Part shown: one piece after another, positions 1 to 10,560 of the stretch
Numbering within the stretch: the first letter of the stretch is position 1
Layout: every line of letters starts with the position of its first letter
Program-made: the position numbers and the translations under genes
Notes under the pieces: model-generated
Databases searched by the model: none
Seen by the model: the letters and a program-made list of their open reading frames with translations, nothing else
What the model was told of the DNA's origin: nothing
From: Tubiluchus corallicola
Lineage: Eukaryota; Animalia; Priapulida
Reading direction: 5' to 3'
Assembly: GCA_030141605.1 (NCBI GenBank)
Contig: JAQGDQ010000368.1
Span: forward strand, 1 to 64,000
DNA length: 64,000 nucleotides

Positions 1-229
1 AATCAATAACACGCGAACATTCTACCTAGTCCTCATTTATTACGCAAAGCCCGTAACATCCTGCCTACTGTATGTTTACTTACCTAACGCAAAGCAGCAG
101 CTTTTACTGAATTAAAGCTATAAGATTATAGACAGAATACAATGGATGACGTCACAACAATGCCTTTGCGTCAGCAATTTTCTAAGCGAAAATTGTCGAA
201 AATAGAACATCCAATTAACTCCTCGGTAC

Positions 230-760
230 TCCTCTCGGTGGACCTGCCCTAAAATGTAGCCTACATCATCGTGTAGCCCTGTCCTTCCTCTTTGTAAAGA
301 GCTATATATCTCCTTCCTAGAGTCCCACTGGGCGACGCTAGAACGTTTGTTCCGCATGCTGTTTGGTCAAAATTTCGAAAAAATCGCGAGTTGGGTCCGG
401 GAAAACGCCCGTTGCGGGACCCCGTGGCCCTCTCACGAATTCTAAATATGCCTACTACACCCACCGCTGAACGGGCTATCTATCCATACCCAGCACCCCC
501 CTCGGCCCATTCCCGTTCTCTACATCTCAGCCGTATAACTTTTGTAAAAAAAACGGCCATTTTGGGAGGTTTTTCACCCCCCGTTCCTCCCGGTGGGCCC
601 GATTCGAAAAATAAGCCATCAATGGCACGACACTAGATGGAGACCTTTCGTTTGATATATAGATTGCCGCAAATGGTGCCCTCGTCCGGGCTGTAGCCTC
701 GAATCTTATATATATATAAATAAATAAATATATATATATATATACCAAGAATATTAATAT
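230..760. mobile_element. Probable non-autonomous Helentron/DINE(HINE)-like element remnant
   Basis: GC-rich non-coding island in AT-rich intronic DNA ending in a (TA)n/(TAAA)n microsatellite tail at ~707-744, a layout typical of HINE/DINE elements. Boundaries are approximate. Confidence 0.35.
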
Positions 761-2707
761 AAGAGAAGAATTGTCTCATAAAGGTTTGGGCAGACATTGG
801 TTCAAATTTTCCCATTGTCTGTATTTAGTGATATTAAGGTATTACAGTAGGCACAGTGTATTAGACTCATGGTAATGTAGAATTAAGCGTCTAAAAATCG
901 GCTTCCCAAAAATATAAGTGATTCAGAAAATGTAAATTCATTTCAATCAAGTTGACAGTGCACTTTTTAAACTTGTAGTTATTTCTAGAGTATCAACGAA
1001 TATTTCACTAAACAAAAAATAAAAATAAATAAGAAATGTAAGGAATAATAACGTAGTCTAATGTAATCATTTGTGGCCATATTCATTAAAGTTGTTCGAA
1101 CAATTTTTTTAAAACTTTGTGTGAAGTTTTTCTGAATCCAACTTACGAAATTTCACAGAAAGCTTTTAAATATCTGTGTACAAAAATTCTTATGAACATT
1201 TTAATGAATCTTGTTCCTGAAGTGCATACGACAACAAGAATTTTGTTTCATAGTTAAGAAAACTCACTCATAACAGATAGCATTAGAATGATACACATAA
1301 GTTTTAGAGATTTAATTGCAGCTGAATGATAAAAATTGATCATATAAAAATATCCCGAAAGGTGAAGCTAAGCCTTTTGTTTATTGATATAATATTAATA
1401 AAACAATAATTGCCAAACTATATAGTGTGATTGAAATGCCACTCGAAAATTTTGTAGATTGGTTACTAGCGTTTTATTTTGTTGCTGTGTGTTTTATGTA
1501 GAGCTACCAAGATTACCAAAATACAACACAGCATTCATGCAGGCCATGGAATTCCAGCAAAGGACTGCTTTTGATAACTTAGCGATATTCAATGCCACAT
1601 ATTTTTTCTGCTACAGAATTGCGACATAGATAGCGAAATTAAGGCAGGTCAATATCATACCAGGAAGTGTATAGACGATGGATGCTTTAGGATGTTACAA
1701 TAGGGATTTAGTAAGCTGTTGCTCTAATTAAGTAGTGCCACATTACATCTTACTGCTGTTACATTATGATGCAATGCATATTAGTAAAACATGTACCAGA
1801 CCAGCAATTTATACTAGCTATAACTCGTACACGCTTTACTAATATACATTGCCTCATAATCTGCAAGCTTATACGTATAACAGCAATAGGATACTATAAT
1901 TTGACTCTATAGGATACTATGAGGTACTATAATTAGCGTGACAGCTTACTAAATCATTATTTTAATATTTTGTGATTCTTGCAGTCCACAAAAATTTAGT
2001 TTTAATGATTGAATTGCGAAACTGTGATTGATTTATTTAACTCAGCATAAATTGTGAGTTTGTCATCTGTTAATGAATAGTACTACTGTGCTATGTCCAT
2101 TGTAATTGTGCAAGATATATGGTCTACTGCTTATTCTGCAAATGTTCTATAGAGTAATTATTATACTACTCAACTATATTAGATATGCACTAACAAAAGG
2201 CTTTAAGTAATTAATACATCAATAACAAAAATATCTTTTTTTAGTTACTAAAACGATTTTATTATACATTTATAATGCTTATATTTATTGCATAGGTCTT
2301 ACAACAAGCTGCTATTAGTGTCATTCATTTACTCAAATTAATATTAATGTCGCATAAATAGGGGTAGTTGTGAGGTGACCTCATCGTCTTTTGCCACCAC
2401 GTCTCAATGCAATGCTTATTATCATATTGAAATATTGTGTATTATTATACTTTGTAATTCAAATGAGACAACTAAATTAAATAAATTAAAATTAAAATAA
2501 ATTAAATTAAAATAATTAGACCTTAGTTTTGCACTTTAGTTTTTCTTAGTCTGTATTGGACGCATTTGTCTTAAATAGTGTTGTCATTTTAACATTACGT
2601 CAAAGCTTACGCAATTTTATTATAATGAGTGAACCATTTTAATGACAAGTAAAGAATTAATATATATATAAAATTTAAAACATTAATCTAAATCTAGGAT
2701 CACATAC

Positions 2708-5700
2708 CTGGAGATGTGAGATACTCTAAGAAACAATGTAAAAACTGCATCTCTATATCTTGGTCACTGCATGTTTCACTCAGCACCAATACTGTCCTGG
2801 ACATCGTCATTATCAGTTCCCTACTGTGTTGTATCCATAGCTTATCTACCTGTTAAAAACAGTCAGTCAAATTGAACTTGTCCCAAACAAGTGATATAAA
2901 GTTTAGGTTAGCTGAGTATTTTTCTATTTTACTAAATAGCTCAACTACTCACAAGAAAAGTGAATATTTCTTACCAAACTGACTGGTGAAATTACCTTTG
3001 GTTGTTCGTGACAAACACGAATGTATGATTGACACAAGTAGAAAAGCGCACGCTTTTCAGTACAAGCGTGCTCACTAACATGGTCTTTAGTTTTGCCTGG
3101 TCGAGTTTGAATGGCATAATTTTCCAGATTATCAAGCAAAATCCTCTCAAATACCGCCTGTTTAAAAAGGAGCAATTAATACACATTAAATACAAAAAAG
3201 AGGCAGCCTCTATGAATTAACGTGTTTATTAGCACAGACGATCGTTTCGACAGCAACTGTCATTCTCAATGCTATAAATCAAGCCAAAACAAATAAATAC
3301 AGTAGGCGCCGCTTAATAGACTCACAGTGAATAGACTCAATTGCTTAATTGACTCAATATTTTTCCTTCATCTACTTAAAATAAGATATTTGTATGTGCC
3401 CAAAGAACCTTTCCTACTTTTATGTCTCCTTTACTTCCCTTTTGTGCACTATTTATACAGAAACAATCATGTTAAGTACCGTTTTGCTTTGAATCTGTTA
3501 TGCGCTCGCCCACTGTTACTCAAATATTCCTGGAAGCTAAACATTTAATCACTTGTCTAGCGGTTTCCTTTTGATGCTTTAGTTGCAAATCATGCTTTCA
3601 GGCTTAATCAGTTAACAGTCAAAGAAGCAGGCACAATAATCAGCCAGTATTCCATGTGACTTATAAGACTAAATATCGTACAGGCAAATAAGAGCAATGT
3701 AAGTGAGCAGACGATTCAGAACTGTTTTAGTTATGCACAACAACAGATTTTCAATGTTTTTATAATTACGAGAACTTTGTGGGGCAACTTCTTCACGAGA
3801 AAATGAAACAGCCGACCTTGAAGGCATTTTTGTATTTTTTGCAAATAAACAGGCTTAGAAAAGTATTTAGAAAAGTATACTTTTTAACTAATTGGTAATT
3901 CACTTATATAAATTAATATTTTAAAATATTTTTTCTAATTTTTAAATGCACAAACGAATTTAGGTATTAGTTCGTTTTTAAAATTCATTAAAAACCGTTG
4001 CAGCGCATAGTAACCTGATGACTCACACTTTTACATGCAATACTACACCCATCGGTTAATAGGTTCAGTCGGTTAAATGGGTCAAAACACGTCGGTCCCA
4101 AAGTGAGTCTATTAAGCGCCGCCTGCTGTAGTACGATTATGACACTATAAACCACGGATTAAAAAAAATTATTTATGGCATTGACAATGACAGTTGCTGT
4201 CGAAATGATCATCTGTGCCAATAAACAACATGTTAATAAACATTAGTTAAAGCAAAACATATTCAAGTATGCAAAAATATATTCAAACCTTGGAGACCGA
4301 CTATTTTGTAAGAATAAGAAGTATTAGTGCAAGACAAATGCAAAAGAACATTATGCTATATTGTATAACAGTCAGCTAAAAATACAGTGTTTTAATAATA
4401 TATCCTTCATATGCATCTAAAAAACAGAAAGAAAAATCATTACCAAAAATTTTTCAATCTAAAATACTAGTTGGTATATAATACGTAGACATTAGAAAAC
4501 ACTGTAGCTGTAAGCATACAACTCACCTGGTTTAGTATGTCAAGGTCTAACCAAGTTTGATCTTTCAAGTTACTGGCCAGTTCTGTCAGGTAGATACAAT
4601 AATCAGGACGACCAACAGCTGATTCTGAAAATTAAAATGTAAACTGTTAAACAGTTAATTAATTTTTTTAGCTTTACATGGGTAAATGGCCTCACTGACA
4701 AGTACATTAGCACTGTTTAATTATCAACAAGTTTATTACTACTGTATAAATTGTGACACCGAATTAATGGATTTTAGCAAGGTTGATCTTATCGTAAATT
4801 TTTGTCTTTTTAATGTCATGTAATTTAATTGTATTTTAAACTTCAGTGTATCTTAATTAATGCAACATAATGTCTTTCTAACGTAACGTAATTTAATGTG
4901 ATGTAATTAAATGGTATTTTAAACTTGAGTATATCTTAATTAACATAATGTAATGTCTTTTTAATGTAATGTAATTTAATTATAATTTGAACCTCAGTGT
5001 ATCTTAATTAACGTAATGTCTTTTTAACGTCTTTTTAACGTAACGTAATTTAATGTGATGTAATTAAATGGTATTTTAAAATTCAGCGTATCTTAATTAA
5101 CATAATGTAATGTCTTTTTAATGTAATGTAATTTAATTATAATTTGAACCTCAGTGTATCTTAATTAATGTAATGTAATGCTTTTTAATGTAATAGTCAG
5201 CAAGAGTCAATATTTATTTAAACTCCTACCCCAGAACAATACGCTTGTGGAGCAAACTTCCACCGGATATCAGAGAAATCACTTCTAGATATCATTTCAG
5301 AGCACTAGCACCTTCTGCTGTTTTTACCATGAGGGTGCCATCCCACCTAACCTGTCTGTAAATCTAACTACGTTTTTAGCCTGCACCCACCATGTTTGAT
5401 TTGCCTGTTTCAACTCTCTTCATAACCTGTAGTACCATCATTAGGTTAGCGAGTTGTTTTTCTCAGCATTTATACTAACCATGCACACCCTAAACTTCTA
5501 GTGTGTCGTTAAAGACTTTTAGAAGTATATTATTCAAGACGTCAAGACTCAGTGTATCTTAATTAATGTAATGTAATGTCTTTTCAATGTAATGTAATTT
5601 AATTGTATTTTAAACATCAAAGTATCTTAATGAATGTAATGTAATGTAATTCACTGTAATTCGAACCCCAGTGTATCTTAATTAATATAATGTAATTAAA

Positions 5701-6741
5701 CCGTTGGCTTACAGGAATTAATAAACTTATATTATTAGCTGCTCATACAAAGCTTGTCAGCCTCCACAATTTTCTGGTGATATGTGTCCACCTAGAGGTC
5801 CAGTTTTCTTGTGCATTATCTCTGTCTGTCATATTCTTTCAAATAGTAGGCATTAATGAGATTTGGTGTTAGGTTAGCAAGAGGCATCATTCATGGTATT
5901 CAAAGTACGCTCAGTCTAACACTTGAAAGTGTGACATTTGTCACATTTATAAATTGCTCAAAGCTTCCACAGTGTTCATCACATCACAATATACCCCTAC
6001 AAGGCATATATAAAGCTTCCATTTTAAGACAATAATGCCACGTACCTTTATCAAGTGTTATCAGGAAACATCTTTCTAGGAAAAGGCTTAACAGCAATGT
6101 TTCCTTAGCAGTAGATTCTAAAAAATGAAAGTATTACCTTAAACGATATCCTACAAATTACATTAAAGTGCACATAATAAGCTCAAAGAAGTCAGCATAG
6201 GTTGCACAAATTTTCCAAAATAATACCACCACCACGACAGTGCAGTTATAATCTATAAATTTTCTCAGTTTTTAAACAGAACTAAATTAATAACAGCTAA
6301 AGTAAAAGCATGGAATAAAGTAATCTGCTGAAAATAGCAACTTTTTCAGTTCAGAAAAATTAATAGTTAAAGTTAATGAACTAATAAATGAATGTAAACG
6401 AATATGAACTAACTAATAAATATTGTAACGAACAGCGGATGGTGCTGATATGCTGGTTGTCGCATAGTTGAGAAGAAAACGTAAAACAACAGCAGTAGAG
6501 TAAAATTACTGTGTTAAGTAAAGCGCCAGATGTCTACCCCATCGTGCTCTATTACGGTTGTCATTACGGAGCAGGTGCTGAGATTGAAGATGCACCAGGC
6601 CGTCAGCCCACTGAAACAATGAGGCCATTCCATACCAGGTACTTATAGCTGCCATACAACGCTGATATGCAATGGCTTCGTAATGGATCAAATCATCACA
6701 ATGTATAGGGGGGTCAAAAATAAATGGCATTTCGCCACAGT

Positions 6742-6781
<40 letters not shown>

Positions 6782-6962
6782 TGCATATGCTTTATAAAAA
6801 TCACAACAAAAATTATTTATTATATTTGCATCATTGTATGCTCTACTTAAGCTTACCATTCAGCTCATGGAAGTCCACATCTTTAGACGAGGAGAAATTT
6901 TCTGCATCTTTTATACAAGGAAAAAGAGCAGCAAATGGATTATTATCTAAATTTTGCTCCAT
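2708..6962 (-). CDS. UBE4A: Ubiquitin conjugation factor E4 A (UFD2 family), 5' partial; continues left
   Basis: Five phase-compatible GT-AG exons: 6962-6857 (MEQNLDNNPFAALFPCIKDAENF...), 6117-6046 (LFLERCFLITLDK), 4624-4527 (GRPDYCIYLTELASNLKDQTWLDLDILNQ), 3157-2996 (AVFERILLD...EKRALFYLCQSYIR) and 2849-2708 (RELIMTMSRTVLVLSETCSDQDIEMQF). These match the recalled UBE4A N-terminal motifs NPFAALF, RIFLITLD, CVYLEEMA..L.DQ.WLD and ALFARLLL in order. The ATG exon has an AG acceptor at 6984-6985, so a non-coding exon 1 lies upstream. Confidence 0.88.
3230..3274 (-). ncRNA. Minimal type I hammerhead ribozyme motif (U3-A8 core variant, Penelope-like), copy A
   Basis: Minus strand reads TAGCA-TTGAGAA-T-GACAG-TTG-CTGTC-GAAAC-GATC-GTC-TGTGCTA, then AATAAA. 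It has a 5-bp stem II, GAAA, a palindromic stem III ACGATCGT and a GUC cleavage triplet ending at 3237. Confidence 0.65.
3300..4128. mobile_element. Tc1/mariner (pogo/Tigger-like) MITE
   Basis: 26-bp TIRs CAGTAGGCGCCGCTTAATAGACTCAC (3300-3325) and its reverse complement at 4103-4128 (2 mismatches). TA on both sides (3298-3299, 4129-4130). No transposase ORF. Confidence 0.85.
4176..4220 (+). ncRNA. Minimal type I hammerhead ribozyme motif (U3-A8 variant), copy B
   Basis: TGGCA-TTGACAA-T-GACAG-TTG-CTGTC-GAAAT-GATC-ATC-TGTGCCA, then AATAAA. AUC triplet at 4211-4213. Differences from copy A preserve pairing in stems I and III. Confidence 0.62.
4800..5700 (+). repeat. AT-rich minisatellite (~60-bp unit) interrupted by a LINE fragment
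   Basis: Repeated CAGTGTATCTTAATTAA...GTAATGTCTTTTTAATGTAATGTAATTTAAT units at 4800-5195 and 5549-5700. Related units recur at ~13660-13790. Confidence 0.8.
5196..5548 (+). mobile_element. Degenerate 3' end of a CR1/L2-group LINE
   Basis: Translates PRTIRLWSKLPPDIR, matching the typical RT C-terminal 'P.ti.lWN.LP' motif. Followed by a 3' UTR and a short (TCAAGAC)-type tail. Confidence 0.55.
6424..6745 (+). mobile_element. Probable solo LTR
   Basis: Starts TGTAAC and ends GTAACA. ATAT flanks both ends (6420-6423, 6746-6749; the right flank merges into a (TA)n tract). AATAAA lies ~20 nt before the 3' end, and the 322-bp block is GC-richer than the intron. Confidence 0.45.
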
Positions 6963-8426
6963 TTTTCTTCACCTCATTGTTTCCTATTGTGTAATAAACT
7001 AACAGTATCAGTTCATTTATATTCACATTGTCATTGGTGATGAATTTATTTCTTTTCCTTATAAAAGGTAAATTGAAATTAATTGATTATCTATTAAATT
7101 CTAGTAACACAGATATGAAAGAAACTACTAGAGATAAAAAAAATGAGGTAAAGCAGTTATCTGCCCGACATGTATTAAACTTGTCTTTAAAAGTATTTTC
7201 TTTAAATTTCCAAGGTATGATTTTTTGCACCTGTTTGCACAGACTAGAGTCATAATTTTATAGTGATCTAGAAACCTAGTGATAATTTTAATTTTTGTCT
7301 CAGAGAATGAGAAAGCCTACTGCCCAACTTCTGGTCGATGTACTTCACACAAATCTCTACTCATCTGGATGTTGTTCTTGTTTGTTTTAATCAATGTTGG
7401 CAAAAGTACTTTTTCAATATTTTTCCATATAGCAAAACTTAATGTGCACATAATTAGATCGACATTCAAAGAAGAATTTCTAAATTTTGAGTTGCACTGA
7501 AGAATATGGCACAATGTGTAATTTGAGAAAAGAGCGTATTTCACAAACATGTCGCTGACCCTAAAAAATTTTTACCAATTCTTTTCCAATCTAAACTACA
7601 AGTAGCCCAAGTCTGACCATCCAACACCTAGCATATTCCAAAATAAGCTATTAATAGAAACAATTTGCCATAGGTGACTGATAATAAGGGAACAATACAG
7701 AAAAGGATAAACCAGAAACTGGCAAAGCAACAGTAAAAAAAACAGAAACTGGTTCAAATAATCCGATTTAATGGAAAATTGCACTGTTCAATTCGATTCA
7801 GCCTTATTTTCTCAACATTACTTAAAAACTTAAAAAGAAAACAGTTATGTGACAATTTCAACGTAATTGTGAAGGAGCAGCTAAAAACCACTTGGTCACT
7901 TAGTCAGCTGTCCCTTGCAAAGGTAAATGTTTACAGGCACAAAATTTGGGTGATTACTAGCCACTGTATACGAAAAAATTACAATATTAAAATAAATTTG
8001 TATGTTAATTTATACTGTAGTTAGTTGTTCAAAAAATTAGCTTTGCAAACGATTCATCTAGGGATAAATTTCAAATAATAAAGAAGTATTAAAAGTTACA
8101 AGATAGCAATTACATAAAGAATTGAAAAACAAGGTTATCATTTGGGTAATAATGACAACTATACTATTATACATAAATTTACAATAAAACAAAAATAACT
8201 AATTTCAAGACACAATGCAAACAGCAAATCAATAAACACAAATACCACGTATCAAAACAAAAAAGCAAATCAAAGATAAATTTTAAAACAAAAACAAGAG
8301 TACCTAATAGCAAACAAAAGCAAAACATAAATCAATCCAACAAGCAAAAAAACATTGTAAGCCTTATGTGTATAACTTACAATATTGCACAAGTACAGTA
8401 CGAGCAAACCACATAAACAAAAGAAA

Positions 8427-9827
8427 GGCGCTATTACACTTTCGCACCGCCTAGCTTTTCCTGGCCTATTGGTTGTTTTCACGCCTGCAGACCAGAAAGC
8501 AGACCAACAGGCGTAATATACACCATATTCCCATAATATTATTGCTTTTTACGCTTTATAATTCCAGATTAAAATCAGATTAAAATCATATATTACTCAC
8601 CGCCGGCATTACGCAAAAAGCTCCACGTGCATAACTGTGTTTACACCACTAATGCGCAATCGCTCTGGCGCAGTGACGACGTGGCCCTTAACATGTATTT
8701 TTAGTTTCTTCGCATAATTTATGATTATTAGGGTTGCAGCCACGGGAGTTTGTATCATATCGTGGGTGGGCTTGGACACCTTATTTTAGACGCTACAGTT
8801 ATCTATCATTAATTTTATTTATTACTGTAGTATTATTACTATTAGATTATAAAAAAAGTAAAGGTTTTTTCTTTATTTCCTAAATGCGGTCAAGATGAAA
8901 GTGTGTCACGTGCCTTTTAAGCTAAGCCCTGATAATGCATAAACTAGTACGAAATTTGTCACGTGACTACACACACAAACAAGATGGCGATACGCCCTGT
9001 ATAGGTGTAGAACTGTGAATATAGGCGTAATTATTGGTAATTATACCTAAATATATGATTAAATTACAATTAGATTAGCGGAAACATTCACTGATGACGT
9101 AAGAATAATAGAATGCTGACGTACGAGCCTAAAAACAAATAATAACCTAGAAAAAGCTAATATACACCATATTCCCATAATATTATTGCTTTTTACGCTT
9201 TATAATTCCAGATTAAAATCAGATTAAAATCATATATTACTCACCGCCGGCATTACGCAAAAAGCTCCACGTGCATAACTGTGTTTACACCACTAATGCG
9301 CAATCGCTCTGGCGCAGTGACGACGTGGCCCTTAACATGTATTTTTAGTTTCTTCGCATAATTTATGATTATTAGGGTTGCAGCCATGGGAGTTTGTATC
9401 GTATCGCGGGTGGGCTTGGACACCTTATTTTAGACACTACAGTTATCTATCATTAATTTTATTTATTACTGTACTATTATTACTATTAGATTATAAAAAA
9501 GTAAAGGTTTTTTCTTTATTTCCTAAATGCAGTCAAGATGAAAGTGTGTCACGTGCCTTTTAAGCTAAGCCCTGATAATGCATAAACTAGTACGAAATTT
9601 GTCACGTGACTACACACACAAACAAGATGGCGATACGCCCTGTATAGGTGTAGAACTGTGAATATAGGCGTAATTATTGGTAATTATACCTAAATATATG
9701 ATTAAATTACAATTAGATTAGCGGAAACATTCACTGATGACGTAAGAATAATAGAATGCTGACGTACGAGCCTAAAAACAAATAATAACCTAGAAAAAGC
9801 TAGGCGGTGCGAAAGTGTAATAGCGCC
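8427..9827. mobile_element. Non-autonomous Mutator-like element (MULE) with internal 644-bp tandem duplication
   Basis: Perfect 33-bp TIRs GGCGCTATTACACTTTCGCACCGCCTAGCTTTT (8427-8459 and 9795-9827) and a perfect 9-bp TSD CAAAAGAAA (8418-8426, 9828-9836). Confidence 0.9.
8514..9800 (+). repeat. Two near-identical tandem copies (8514-9157, 9158-9800)
   Basis: Direct comparison shows about 6 substitutions and 1 indel between the copies. Confidence 0.95.
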
Positions 9828-9899
9828 CAAAAGAAATCATCCCAAAGCAAAAGCAAAGTAAAAGTATGAACGTGACACTTAAGAAGCAAAATAACTTAT

Positions 9900-10560
9900 A
9901 TCAAGCATTTTCACTGAGCAAAAAGACTCGGGCATCATTGTTGATAACATGCTTAAATTTTAAAGCCACATTTATCATACTGTTAATAAAGCTCACAGAG
10001 GCTTTCGCTTATTAAGAGAAACTTCAGTTATCTAGATGGACCCATGATGATCCAATTGTACAAGTCAATCGTCAGACCAATTATGGATTATGGCGATGAA
10101 GTTTGGAATCCAGCAAGGCCAGATATGTTAAGAAAAATTGAATCAGTTCAATGTCGAGCTACTACTACTAGGCTTGTACCAGCAGTTCTTCCGGACTGCC
10201 ATGCTCTATGAGAATTAAGAGGCTAGGGCTAACTACTTTAAAATATAGGCGTGAAATGCAGGACTGACCGAAACCTTCCGCATCTTAAAAGGTTTTGATC
10301 ACATTGATGCTAGCAAAACGTTTCCATACTTACTGACTGAATACTGTGGTACTAGACGGCATTCTTACAAAATAAAGAAGAGAGCAGCCTCCAATAGATG
10401 AAGCAGAGCGAGAAAGATTCTTTCGATGCGGGCTGTTGAAGAACGGATTGTTACCCGAAAATGTAATGAATGCCACTAACCCTTTTCTGTTTAAGTCTCG
10501 ATTAAATCGATATTGGCAACACAACCCAGAAAAGTTTGTCGATCCTAGACTGCCTCAACA
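9900..10560 (+). mobile_element. Degenerate CR1-clade LINE reverse-transcriptase C-terminal fragment
   Basis: Frameshifted translation gives D.GIIVDN.LKF..HI...VNKA and LYKSIVRPIMDYGDEVWNP, later FKSRLNRYW, all hallmark CR1 ORF2 motifs. Confidence 0.8.

Noticed and set aside
1147-1610. Possible further UBE4A exons (1610/1607-1517 KKYVALN...MNAVLYF; 1216-1147 TRFIKMFIRIFV)
   Set aside because: Splice signals and weak similarity are present, but I could not find a phase-compatible link from the exon ending at 2708, so they were left out of the model.
4800-5195. Regularly spaced repeats resembling a CRISPR array
   Set aside because: The intervening sequences are also repeated (no unique spacers), the context is eukaryotic and there are no cas genes; it is a minisatellite.
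8595-8612. ATG CCG GCG|GT as the first exon of ARPC3 (MPA...)
   Set aside because: Downstream exons encode UBE4A motifs, not ARPC3, and the sequence lies inside a MULE.
8928-8960. CTGATAA...GAAA hammerhead-like string in the MULE (also ~9572)
   Set aside because: C3-A8 mismatch and no convincing stem II or stem III.
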